Assembly (NCBI GenBank): GCA_951406725.2
Contig: OX597816.1
Coordinates: forward strand, 94,364,001 to 94,428,000
DNA from: Octopus vulgaris
Taxonomy: Eukaryota
Direction: 5' to 3'
DNA length: 64,000 nucleotides
The notes beneath the pieces are model-generated. The model had not been told where the DNA came from and made no database searches. It saw only the letters and a list, made by a program, of their open reading frames with translations. Position numbers and translations under genes: made by a program. This document shows positions 13,693 through 25,660 of the stretch, piece by piece. Position 1 is the stretch's first letter; every line of letters begins with the position of its first letter.

Positions 13693-14300
13693 AAAGGTAG
13701 AGCGTTGTTCAGTAATAGTAAAATCAACAAGTACTCTATCTGGTGAGAGATAAATATTATTTAATAAACACAATGTTTCATGTGATGAAAGTATGCCAGA
13801 CAGTATTTTTAACACGTCTGGTGCCTCAGCGCATTCTTCAGGATATATATACCCCGATACATCTACTTTTTAAACTTTTGTCATCCCTCTCTCCTGTGTT
13901 TCGCCTCTCATACTTCAAATACTTATATGTCAGTCCTCTTTTCAATTCACTCCCTGCCCATATTTTCACTACACAGTCAACCGCCTGCAGAACACCAGCC
14001 TAGGAATGTCAAATACTTAATCTATCTGAAAAAGCAATTTTCCCTCAAATTACAATCAATCGCCTTTAAAAAAAAATAGTTCGGACGGCTGAAATACTTT
14101 TGGTGAATGACTTCTGTTGGAATTCCTTTGGAATGTAAATAACAACTGTAGCACACAAAAATCCAGGCAGATCAATTGCAACCATGTCATCAGACTGGAA
14201 ATGGCTTGCAGGTGTCATGAACGTAGCCCTCCTTTCCTCCAGAAAAATCATACAAACCATCGCACAAGAAAGAAATATCGATGGGAACCAGTTTACTCAC

Positions 14301-14427
14301 CTGAACAGTTATACATTGCGTTGACAATTTTAACGTCATTAAAACTGAGAATTTTAGCTTTTCCAATAATCTTCTGGTAACGTTTATCTTTCGTAACAAT
14401 GGTCATTTCTCCATTCACAGAGAATAG
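14301..14427 (-). CDS. Astacin gene A exon, end of protease domain (LFSVNGEMTIVTKDKRYQKIIGKAKILSFNDVKIVNAMYNCS)
   Basis: TAG/GTGAGT boundaries; FSxNG..TI...IG...LS..D...N.MYNC motif. Confidence 0.93.
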
Positions 14428-14629
14428 CTACAAATATATATAACATGTTTAATAACAATTTCTGATATAAGGATGATTAAAGGGAAAACAGAGTTATGTA
14501 GTGCTTGAACACAGAACGTAAAGAACTTAACGAACCCCGCAAGCCATTTTGTCGGACGTTCTAACGATTAGAGCCGTGGATTGACAAAATCGTTAGAAAG
14601 TTGCAGTATTTGTTTTAGCTCTTTATGTG

Positions 14630-14950
14630 ATGGCGCGTGGCTTAGTGATCAGGGCATTCGACTGACGATTGTAAGGTCGTGAGTTCGATTCCCGGCGATG
14701 CGTTGTGTCCTTGAGCAAGACACTTTATTTCACGTTGCTCCAGTCCACTCAGCTGGCAAAAATAAGTTGTACCTGTATTTCAAAGGGCCGGCCTTGTCAC
14801 ACTCTGTGTCACGCTGAATCTCCCTGAGAACTACGTTCAGGGTACTCGTGTCTGTGGATTGCTCAGTCACTTGCACGTTAATTCCACGAGCAAGCTGTTC
14901 CGTTGATCGTATCAGCTGGGACTCTCGTCGTCGTAACCGACGGAGTGCTC
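14630..14950 (+). mobile_element. tRNA-derived SINE, family 2, nested in a family 1 SINE
   Basis: A box TGGCTTAGTG and B box GAGTTCGATTCC. Confidence 0.8.
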
Positions 14951-17054
14951 CCTTATGTTCCGAGTTTAAAATCCGGGTGAACTCTGCATTTCACCTCTCT
15001 GGCGTCAATGCAACAAAATACTGGTCAAGTACTGGGATCAACTTCATTGACTAACCTCCTCCGAATTCCGAGCCTTATGCTAATATTAGAAATATAAGAA
15101 AGTAGTAGGTCAGGGGAATAGATGGTACTCCAGATAAAATGCCTTGTGGTATTTATCTCGGCTCTTTACGTTCAGAGTTCAAATTTTGTCGAGATCAACT
15201 TTGTCTTTCATACATCTGAGGTCGATAAAATAACGTACCAGTCAAGTATGGAGTTGATATCGACTGACCCCCTCCCCTCAAAATTGTTAACCATGTGCCT
15301 AAAGCAGAAATCACAAGTAGTAGTAGTAGTAGTAGTAGTAAGGCATAGAGCTGGAAGAAACCTTAGCATCCCAGACAAAATGTTTAACGGCATTTCTTCC
15401 AGGTTCATGTTCTGAGTTCAAATTCCGCCGATGTCGACTTTGCTTTTCGTCCTTACGGGGTCGATAAAATAAGTACCAGTTAAGCATTAAGAGTCGATGT
15501 GACCAACTAGCCCCAGATGCCCCCCCCCCCGCAAAAAAAAGAAATTTCAGGCTTTGTGCCTAGAGTAAAATTATTATTAGTGCCACCAAGTCCATTCCTT
15601 CACTTATGAAACAGAAACGCATACAAACATGTTAGAAAACATGTCACAGCAAGAGAAAAGTTTCATAAAAAATGAGGCGCGAAGTAAAGCCATTATACAA
15701 TTGACTGTGAAGTACAGAAAATGTTTTAGTTTTAAAATAGTGCATTTAAATTAATAAACATTGTAGCCAGAGTATTCAACAATCACCCGATGTCACGATT
15801 CGCTGGAATGTTACCCTAGTGACAAAGAATATTTGACCAATAACGATTTGACATGGCATGAATATTACCCACGTGATAACAAAATCTGACCAAGTACGAC
15901 TTCAAGTAGAATAGGCTCTAGCGGTAATTTCGACTTTTGACGCGCTCCTTTCTGAGCCCTTCAATCAATATAAAATCGATACACACGCAACTGCCAGACA
16001 GAGAGAATATGAGACGACATGGTAGATGGCTAGACCGAGTTAACTTCAACATAATGAACTACTGGTGACAGCAAAACAAAAACTAGCAGTTAACTTTTAA
16101 AATACTACAATTACACTAAGATCAGTAACATCCAAACTTTCGATGTTTGTCGTTCGTAGTAGCAACAGTATTTGTCTTTTGCTTGCACACGAAAAAAATA
16201 AGTTTGTTGTCAAAAATTTCAATAGATTTCGTCGTCGTCGTCTTTTATGTACATTTGACTTCTGATGTTAGAAATTACAGCTACTAGCAGTTAGCAACCA
16301 ACAGTTGTGACCCTGTCTCTTGCTCCAAGTACAATATCAATACTAGACTGTAAGTAGCGGTAGCATAATAAAATTGATCACTCATTGGCTTTCAGCACTG
16401 AGTTAAACTGTTGCTCAAAGAAAATCTATCGGCAATAAACAGACGTTACATCCAGAGGAGAGAGTTATATTAACTACTTAAAGATAAAGTAAGACTCATT
16501 GAACTGAGAAAATTAATTTCGGCTCTCGGTTAATGGAATGATTTTTTTAAATAACTTTGTCAGAGAATGAAAGGTAGTGCTCATAAACTTTTTTCTGAGA
16601 TATCTGAGATTCACATGACGAAGTTTTCCTCAGACCAGAGGTATAGTCTGAATATTTGCCAAAGAATAAACTCCGCTAAAGAACACTTCTAAGAAGTAAG
16701 CTCTTCTATCAGAAGCCACCGAATCTTCAAACCTAGGTAATCTGTTGGTTAGAAGAATCCATATTGCGATTCTTTCCAGCGGCATTCTAATCATGTGTGT
16801 TGAACCGGCCAATGAATTAGGTCTATCTTCTAAGGAAATATATGAATTTCATAATTTTCTATATTTCTATTGTTTTCAGTCAAACTACACCGAATATTTA
16901 AGAAATTACAATCTAAGATATTGATTGATTTTCATTTGAGAATAATACACTACATTTTTAGATGTGCACAAAACAGCTGCTACATAGAGTAGTGTAATGT
17001 ATAATATAAAGTCACAGTATTTAGGATGGAATTTTTAAATACTAGTATACTTAA

Positions 17055-17258
17055 GTAGGAGCCATAATGCATTATACTTCTATAGTCGTACGTAGTATCA
17101 TACAAGTTCATATCTCTGTTCGTTCGTTTCTCAAAATTGTAGAAAAGTCCGTTGATGACGTTTCTTTTTATGATGGAAACATAGGTATCACGATCGCTTC
17201 GGGACTGCTCATGGAAAAGGCCGATAGCATGACCAAGTTCATGCAATATAACGCTTTT
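17055..17258 (-). CDS. Astacin gene A catalytic exon (KSVILHELGHAIGLFHEQSRSDRD...YDYRSIMHYGSY)
   Basis: HExxHxxGxxHEQxRxDRD zinc motif and SIMHY Met-turn; TAG acceptor; the donor reads TTAAGT (see findings). Confidence 0.96.
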
Positions 17259-17544
17259 CTATGATGGATAAGAAAATAATGTTAGCTTAATTGCATAAAT
17301 AAAATGGGCAAAAGCTAAACCAAGCACGCAGATGTCGGATAATCTCTGCTAAAGTCTAGTTTATTTTGATGATGACAATTCAGATTCTTTTTTTTTTTTC
17401 TTTTCTTTCTTCTGGCAATTTTCTTTGCATTTATAACAAAACTACCATCTTTTTACGAGCCAACAGAGGTCGTTCAACCAGGTAAAAATAGCAATCATAT
17501 CTCTTTCGAAATACAACAAAATCATGGAATCAGTTTGTAAAAGT

Positions 17545-18650
17545 GTAATTTTGTGTAAAAATGTTCTCCAAAGAAAACATATACAGCCGCTTTAAAACAA
17601 GAAGTTAACTGAAGTTGCAGAGTAGAAAAGTAACTGTTGCGTGCATGAAGAGAATTTTGTGTTTCGGAGAAAATGGCGAGAGGCTGGAGAAAGATATCAA
17701 ACGAACTTCAGACAATACCGAATCGAAAATGTGTTCATTGCTGGAAACCGAAGTGTTTACAATTGAAAAATATTGCTGAGTGGGCACTTGAAAATTCTCG
17801 AATTGTGTTGATGATGTATCCCTCTAAATCCATGCGCAAAAACAAGCATATTAGAATAAAATTTAGGATTTTAAAGCAAGTGATAGATGGTGCACTAAGT
17901 TTATGAGATGATATGATTTATTACATTTGCAGAAAACTAAGATTGCAAAAAAGCTGCTGGCTGATCTCAATTTTATGATATTACAGTTTTACTATTTTTT
18001 ACAAGAAATCAGCGGAAGAAAGATTACAAGTTATCATGTATTGGACACACGGACGAAATGCCTACTTCTTTTGTTATGCAGAGATTTGAACCAAAAAGAC
18101 AAAACAAGTGTACTTTCTCAGTAAAATGGTCTAAGTTAAAACAAATTGTTGTTTTAAGAGAAAAATTCTGTCAAAGTAGAAAATTCCAAAAGGAATTGTC
18201 TTCCATGGGCATTCAAAAGGATGGATGTAGAAAAGGGATTAGGGTTTGGAATTTACGATATTGTGGACTACAATAGGAAAAGTGTTTGCTAATCTAGGAC
18301 CTTTTTAACGTATATCTAGTGAAAAATGTTATTGATAATCTCTGATCGTATAACACTAACAAAACCATAATTCCCAGCGGACTTACATGGAAGGATGCAG
18401 GCCCCATTACTGTTTTTTCTCTGAATAGATCATTGATTCACAGAAGGCAATAAGATCTGTCACAATTGTCAAATCGTTCGAGATAATGTAGTGTTTTGAA
18501 ATGGATGGTGCAGAAGATCATGGAATGACATAGATGATGTAGATGACGTGTTGTCTCTGATTATGGAAAGTTGAAGTGAAGATGATCCTTGTAATGATAT
18601 CATTCATTCTAGTAATTAAGGAGCTTTATTCAGTGTTGAAGATGATTAGC
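17545..18650 (+). mobile_element. Degraded pogo-like transposase
   Basis: YTAA.K...EFCVSEKMARGWRK Brinker-like DNA-binding remnant and IIPSGLT..MQ DDE remnant. Confidence 0.6.
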
Positions 18651-19529
18651 AGTGTGCTTAATCAAGATTTAAATTAACTTTTGCGTGTGAAATGTTTAAT
18701 ATGTATCATGTAATTGTACTTTAAATATATACTAAATTTCTACTTCACTTTTTGTATGGATAAATAAAGGTTTACTGATTTATTTTTGTTTCCATCGCCA
18801 TCGTTTATTTTCGTTTATTTTATATTTTATGATTTTTAAACTACATTGAATTTATTAAAAATTAAAGTATAACAAAGAAAATGGAAGTCCTTAATCCAGC
18901 GATTAAGGACTTCCAACGTTTTCGATGGAGATTCTAGTTTGTATGAAGAATGTGTTGTGCTTCTACATCTCTTATAAAGGTTGATATTTAAAACCGCAAT
19001 CTGAATTTAATGAATTAGAAAGAAAAAAAAAACAAGAACTGATATAATGTCCCTGTGATGGATGTGAGTTCGACAAATCTGAAAATAATGTGGTTGTAGA
19101 ATCATGATGTGTAATACATCGACACTGTATATTATAATGGTACGTTAGTGGTATTAGATAAAAAATTTTTGATACAAAATGATCTCATAAAATAAAGTAT
19201 AAGGAATGCGATCAAAAGTGCGATTGCAAATATTTAAACGCATGTGGCCTTAATATTGGTTGCAGTTGCTTAGGACATGTGTTTTGATGCGTAAAATCGG
19301 TGTTATTACTGTAATCCGTTTAGAAATTATTTTGGCTTCTGGTGCTGATTCAAGCGTGAGCTTCAGCTCCTCAAAAATAAAATACATGTAATAGCTGATT
19401 CTATATATTTAACCTTAAAAAATGGTTTTAGAAAAATAGACTTTTATAAGACTATATGTGGTACAATTTTTGTATTTTTTTGTTTTAATTATTGTTTCGA
19501 GAATTATCTGTATAGTTTTTCATGTAATA

Positions 19530-19760
19530 TATACTACCGATACAACCTTTTTGCTCCAGCCAATGAATCAAGGTGTGATAGCTAACTTCAAGGAATATTC
19601 TTTTCTACTCTAGGCACAAGGCCCGAAATTTTTGGAGAGGGAGCCAGTCGATTAGATCGACCCCAGTACGCAACTGCTACTTAATTTATCGACCCCGAAA
19701 GGATGAAAGGCAAAGTCGACCTCGAAACTTCAAGGAATATTATCACAGAACTTTTACTTA
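19530..19760 (+). mobile_element. Tigger DDE remnant split by a minus-strand SINE (19600-19725) with a 16-bp target-site duplication
   Basis: TTFLLQPMNQGVIANFKEY|YHR; AACTTCAAGGAATATT at 19584-19599 and 19726-19741. Confidence 0.75.
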
Positions 19761-20136
19761 TTAATCTTTGAATTAGACAAAACACATTCTATGTAATTCT
19801 AAGAAAGTATGAAGTTAATCTGTGGTGTAGCGAGTGGTATGCAGAATAGGCTTACCGCACAAAGCAGCCACTTTGGCCACCTTGTGCGGTGGCCAATTTA
19901 TTTACGTGTGTTCGCTTTAATGAAAGATATGTCATGTAGAAAGACGGGAGGAGCGGCCGATTTGGCTACTGCACAACACAACCGAAACCTATGCTATGTG
20001 ACAAGTCAATTCTTTCCTTTTGTTTAAAACCTAACCATTATTTTAAAACTGTTTTGAAATGTAAAGAAGTTTTGCAAATATTATGACAAAATAGAATATC
20101 ACATATTAAAACATCTAATTTAAGGTAACATGCGTT

Positions 20137-20568
20137 ACATTCCGCCGAGGTCGACTTTGCCTTTCATCCTTTCGGGGTCGATAAGTTAAGTACCAGTTAC
20201 GCATTGAGATCGATGTAATCGACTTGATCCGTTTGTCTGTCCTTGTTTGTACCCTCTGTGTTTAGCCCCTTGTGGGTAGTAAAGAAATAGGTATTAAATT
20301 AAGACGGTAGTAAAGAAATTAGGTATTAAATTAAATTAAGACGAGCTGGCAGAATCGTTAGCACGCCGGGCGAAATGCTCAGCCGTATTTCGTCTGCCGT
20401 TACGTTCTGAGTTCAAATTCCGCCGAGGTCGACTTTGCCTTTCATCCTTTCGGGGTTGATTAAATAAGTACCAGTTACGCACTGGGGTCGATATAATCGT
20501 CTTAATCCGTTTGTCTGTCCTTGTTTGTCCCCTCTGTGTTTAGCCCTTTGTGGGTAGTAAAGAAATAT
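20137..20568 (+). mobile_element. Young family 1 tRNA-SINE dimer; other copies near 6110-6500, 15110-15570, 24140-24550, 30867-31500 and 45440-45610
   Basis: GGCAGAATCGTTAGCACGCCGGG...GAGTTCAAATTCC...GCCTTTCATCCTTTCGGGGTCGAT core; 12-bp TSD. Confidence 0.88.
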
Positions 20569-20646
20569 GTAACATGCGTTGCTTGAATTGGGTAATATTT
20601 TGAAGTCGGAGCATCACAAAATGATTAAAACTAGCACAAAACTTAC

Positions 20647-20713
20647 CACTCGGCAATTCTTTTCAAGTACGATCTTTTGGTCTGAGCGTTGCATTCCAAG
20701 GAGAGAACTACAC
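20647..20713 (-). CDS. Astacin gene A exon (GCSSLLGMQRSDQKIVLEKNCRV)
   Basis: AG/GTAAGT boundaries; GCxSxxG...Q.I.L...C motif; phases 2/0 fit both neighbours. Confidence 0.9.
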
Positions 20714-23700
20714 CTTTTAAAGAAATACATTTTCGGTGTAAAAATTAATGATCAGTTAAAAAGATATTCTAATAAGGTAAGGTGTGTATATATGAAACAT
20801 TCCATACTGTAAAGAAAGTACAAAATATTTCATATTGAGAAAGGGTATATAAAATTTCAAATACTGAAAAATGTTTGAAATACTCTACAGTGAAGGAAGT
20901 ATAAAATATTTGGGAATTCCAGGTCTTACTGTCCGATAGAGATTTTTTTTTCAAAATAAATACTTGGGGGTTCAATTCATACGTGATAAAGTGTATGCAG
21001 TATTTCTGTAATGCTTTATTCATTTATGAGACGTTTTATTAGTGAGGCTTTGAGGGGCGATTAGAAGTTAGGGTTTGGTTTTAGGGCTTATTGTACAGCG
21101 CTGCTAATCTTTACACGGATAAGGACCCTTTTATTTAAGTTAATTTCCCTAAGGACCCAGTCTTTTGAAAGGCTGTCCACTTAACAAGCCGATTTTATTA
21201 ACAAACGACAAAAATCGTTTTCTTAGTAACATTTTTCAAGATATGTAACTAAATAATTATACGTAACTTGGCAAATATACATTTTGCATTGAAGGCTTTT
21301 AATATTTTAAACACACTTCACGAACTCCCAGTAGTGAATTTGTGGATCCAAGAATCTGTAGTCCTCATTTGGTAACCGCCGTTCTGGGATAAGTGGTTAA
21401 GGTGAGCGCTTTTGCGATAGTAATTTGAAAAACTCTCAGATTCATTGAAAAAGTGGGATGGTCATGATTGGAAGACTATAGTCGTGTCAAAATTTCTTTG
21501 CACGTGACCAATATATTTAATACATGCGCAAAATCTCAAAGGAATTGGACTTTCTAGTAATTGTTTTAGAAAAAATTCTGCACTGGGAGCAGAAAAAAAG
21601 AATGTTTAAAATACTCCATACTATTTATTTCTCGACAAGTTTAATCAGTGGGATAATTTATTAGCAGTAGTACGACCAAACCAGCAATAATTGCATCTTA
21701 GGGTCGTTTCCTAGCTATACTATCTGCTGCTTCTTTGTCTGGCCCTCTTCAGCAATGCAGTAACAATATTAACAGTACAATACAACAGTTCACATTTTCA
21801 CGTACCTTGGCCGAAGCCGACAACCTAATAAATCGTTCGTAATTCCAGAAATTGGTATTTAAAATCAAATAACGAAGAGATAAAAATAATATTACAAGAA
21901 ATATTTTCTCGTAAAAAATAACGGGACGCCTATTTCAGGAACATTTTTTTATATCATTGCTTATTGAATTGCGGGCAGAGTAGAAAAGAATTATTGCCAT
22001 CGAGTCTATTATCAATATCTATGGAAAAGATGTGAACACTTCAACTCACTTTTACATTCTTCTAAATTTAACAGGTCTTATAAACATCTTGATAATGAAA
22101 ACATCTTGTGGGACAAAAGAACATTGGTTTCAATTTGATGATAGAAATATTCTGTTTCTATAGCAGGAGGATGAAATGATTTGAACCGGGTCTCGATATT
22201 ATTGACCATTTAACCATAAAAAATTGTCCATCTTAAAGGACCAGAACATCAGAGGTTAGATGTAGCCGATTAAATTAATTCAGTTACCTAACTGATACTT
22301 CTTCAATCGATACAGAAAGAAGGAAAGGAACACCTGTATGTTCTCAGTTCATAATCCCACCGGTATTTGAACTCAGAACGTAGAGAGAGAAGTAACTAAC
22401 TAAATATTTTTAGATATTACGATGCATTTAATTCGAAGTTCCCTCCATTTTTATCACTCTACTCCCACTTAAAGTGATATCGGTGAGATTTTAATTTGGA
22501 GCAGGAATAAATACCGCAGTGCCCAGTCATTTCTGCCATCAACCGTCTAATGAAGTTTCCATCCAAAGGCACAAGGCAAAAGGGGTAGGGTAAGGAATAA
22601 CGTCGATTTAATCGACCTGTTATTTTACTGGTGCTTTATTTTCTCAAGTTGAAAACATAGGCAATATGTATTTTTAGGGGTGGGGGGGGGCTAAGGCTGC
22701 AAACTGAAGGGCCGCTCCGAGCGGCACACACTCTAGCTTCGCTAGTGCATTGCATTACTTGATTATTCTGGTCTGTTTCTCCAGAAGAGATCATTTAGTT
22801 TTTCTTCTGTTCGAAAAATGATGGCTCTTCTATTTTCATGATCTTTCTAGCTTCCCTTATCTTCTTTGTGTTATCGAGAAAGATCTTTTCCCAACAGCTT
22901 GCGGTTGTAGTATTACATTTGCTAATGGTATTGATGCAATTATTATTGTTGCTTGTACTGATACCGATATTATTGGTACTTTATTTTAACTATCCTGAAA
23001 GGTAAATTTGACCTCGCCGCTAACAATTCTACCAATCCATCGTTCTTCATAACTATTTCTGACATAGGTACAATGTCAGAAATTTGCGGGAGACGTTAAT
23101 CGATTAAATCGACTTCAGTACATGATTCTTTAATTTATCGACTTGGAATAAGTTCTAACAAACACATAGCTTCAAATGCAAGAGAATGTAAAAGTTGAGG
23201 ATTCGACAAGTACTTTATTATGTAGTGGATCTTGCATGCATGAAGTGGATTCGATCCACAACAGCCAAATTTAAATTAACACTGCAACAGAACTTTTCCC
23301 ATGGTGGAACAATGATTTTTCTCTGACAGCAGTTTTACATTTTCCAGATGCCTTTAGCTAGGCCGAAATAATGTCTTCACCACTTGACCCTTTCGAACCT
23401 CTTCTACTTCACCAAAAGCTAGAATAGAGATAACAAGACCACCAACTAAATCTATTGTTCTCAATGATATGTCTATCCTTCTGGATAGCTATAAAAACAA
23501 GAACCTCCAAGCAATAAAACAAGTGGTCACTTGGCGACAACTGAGCGAGGCAGCTCGTGACGACTCAATTAGTTAGAGAACGGACTGCTAGAATCATGAT
23601 CACAAAGAATGCCTCTACTAAAGATAATGGTCAGCGAGAGAAATGAAATTTCCTTTGAGACAACGTCCCACACCCTACAACTCTCACCAGCTCTAATTCT

Positions 23701-24587
23701 GTTATCTTACAACATCCTTCTATCTGCGGATTACTACTAACTGTTTGTATACACCAAACTATGCGAAGAAACATTCCACCGCATCTAATTTTCTTTGGCA
23801 TGCTTTTGGATTTATCATCACCTGCCCGCCGAGGCAAGGTATTGTAACGTAACGGTAAATAAATATTTCCTTAAAACTTCATGCATTGTTCATTTTTCAC
23901 ATCCTACAGTATGCAATTATAAAAACAAATTTTTATCGTTACAACTGCTGACTCCGATATTTCATGATATTGTTTACAAAACAGTCTTACCCATTACAAT
24001 TATATCAATCCGGAATAATGAAAGTCAATGCTGAAGTCGACAGGATTTTAATTTAGTTTATAAAGAGCCTGAATGAATACCGCAAAGTGTTTGATCCGAC
24101 GTTCCGGCGTCTCTACCAACCAATACTTTTTCTCTTTCTACCATAGGCCTGAAATTTTGGGGGAGGGTGCTAGTCGATAATATCGACCCCAGTGCTCAGC
24201 TAGTGCTTATTTTATCGATCCCGACATGATAAAAGGCAAAGCGGACTTCGGCAGAATTTTAACTTAGAACGTAAGAACCGGAAGCGTTTTGTCTGGCATA
24301 CGAACGATTCTGCTTGCTCGCCGCGTTAAATAATTCTTTTTTATATAAGCACAAGGCCTGAAATACTAGGAGGGCAGGAGTAGTCGATTATATCGACCCA
24401 CATGGCTCACGGGTACTTATTTTATCGACCCTGAAAAGATGAAAAGCAAAGTCAACTCCGGCGGCATTTGAACACAGAAGGCAAAGTCGAACGAAATGCT
24501 TCTAAGCATTTTGCCCGGCGTGCTAATGATTCTGCCAGTTTATTGCCCAAATGTCAAACATTAATATTAACAAAAATTTCAACTTAC

Positions 24588-24711
24588 CCGTGACCGTTTT
24601 TGAAGATAATCTTGTTTTTATCTCGATCATTAGCTTCCCGGAAACGAATACACGTTAGTGCATTCCAGTCGTCCATAGAGTTCTGAACTTCAACTTTCTC
24701 TTTTGTAGTAA
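24588..24711 (-). CDS. Astacin gene A exon (FTTKEKVEVQNSMDDWNALTCIRFREANDRDKNKIIFKNGHG)
   Basis: CAG/GTAAGT boundaries; WxxxTCIRF astacin motif; phases 1/2 consistent with neighbours. Confidence 0.93.
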
Positions 24712-25571
24712 CTGACAAAGGATGAAGAAAAAAGTGAATATTATGCCCTAATTCAACAATATTCTAATCAAGTAACACTCAAAGACTACAACTCAAGGCT
24801 TCATTAGAAAGTTGCAGCCATGTAATCAGTTATAAGGATGATATTGCACATGGTATACAATATATACATATATACACTCATATTTATATTTATTATTCTT
24901 TAACAAGAATGGTGTCGACAGTGACTTCCAAGTTTTGGTCTGTTAGCCTTCATTGGACGGTCCGATGTAGGTTAAACAGGCAGAAACTCCGAAGTTACTC
25001 TCAAGGACGAAAGACCCATCATTACCCTTAATCACATTTTGAAAACTGTTGATGGCAACTACATACATTATACCTATGTATATAACATGTGTGAAGTGGT
25101 CAAAGTGTTGCACTCACGATCGATTCCCGGACCGGCGATGCATCGTACTCGAGTAAAACACTTCATTTCGCGTTGCCCCAGCCCATTCTACTGAAAACGA
25201 GTAACAACACCACGGACTGGCATTCCGTGAAGGAGGAATATTGGCTTACTTGCCATGCCAGCGAGATGGCATCATTCGAAAGCTACGACAAAGCGATAAA
25301 GTGCGTTGTGACCAGCGGTGTATAACAGCATCCGACGGTCTGATCGATACGGCGACATATGTAAGTATGTATATATACCTTAATACCTAATGGTTTCAGT
25401 GACTTTCATACGATATTTTTGTGGGTTACCAGCAGAATAATGATTTCCACGACAATTTAAAAAATAAAGATTGGCGGTTATTACGAACATAATGGTTATT
25501 ACGACTCGTCAACCATTAAGCTGTGGCTACTAAAAATTACAACAAAACAGTACAGCGGTGTATAAACTTAC

Positions 25572-25660
25572 AGTAATCTCCATAGGTGTAAGGAATTTCA
25601 TTGGTTTTCCAGCGAAACATTAAAGGACGGATGGCCTTCCGTTTACTTCGAGTGTTATTT
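25572..25660 (-). CDS. Astacin gene A exon: furin site and mature N-terminus (NNTRSKR/KAIRPLMFRWKTNEIPYTYGDY)
   Basis: AG/GTAAGT boundaries; RxKR followed by the astacin W...IPY motif; phase 1 end matches next exon. Confidence 0.9.

Noticed and set aside
13795-13842. Minus-strand CTGAAGA hammerhead-like motif
   Set aside because: The GAAA core strand is absent
14630-14700. tRNA gene
   Set aside because: A and B boxes continue into a SINE body and no full cloverleaf is evident
17049-17054. Rescue of the TT donor by A-to-I editing
   Set aside because: Editing can convert AU to IU, but not UU to GU
21796-21814. 19-nt AG/GT-bounded micro-exon with compatible phases
   Set aside because: Peptide LSASAK has no astacin similarity and the slot is already filled
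23710-23785. Candidate astacin GC...QTVS...GC exon
   Set aside because: Poor acceptor and wrong end phase; 20647-20713 fits far better
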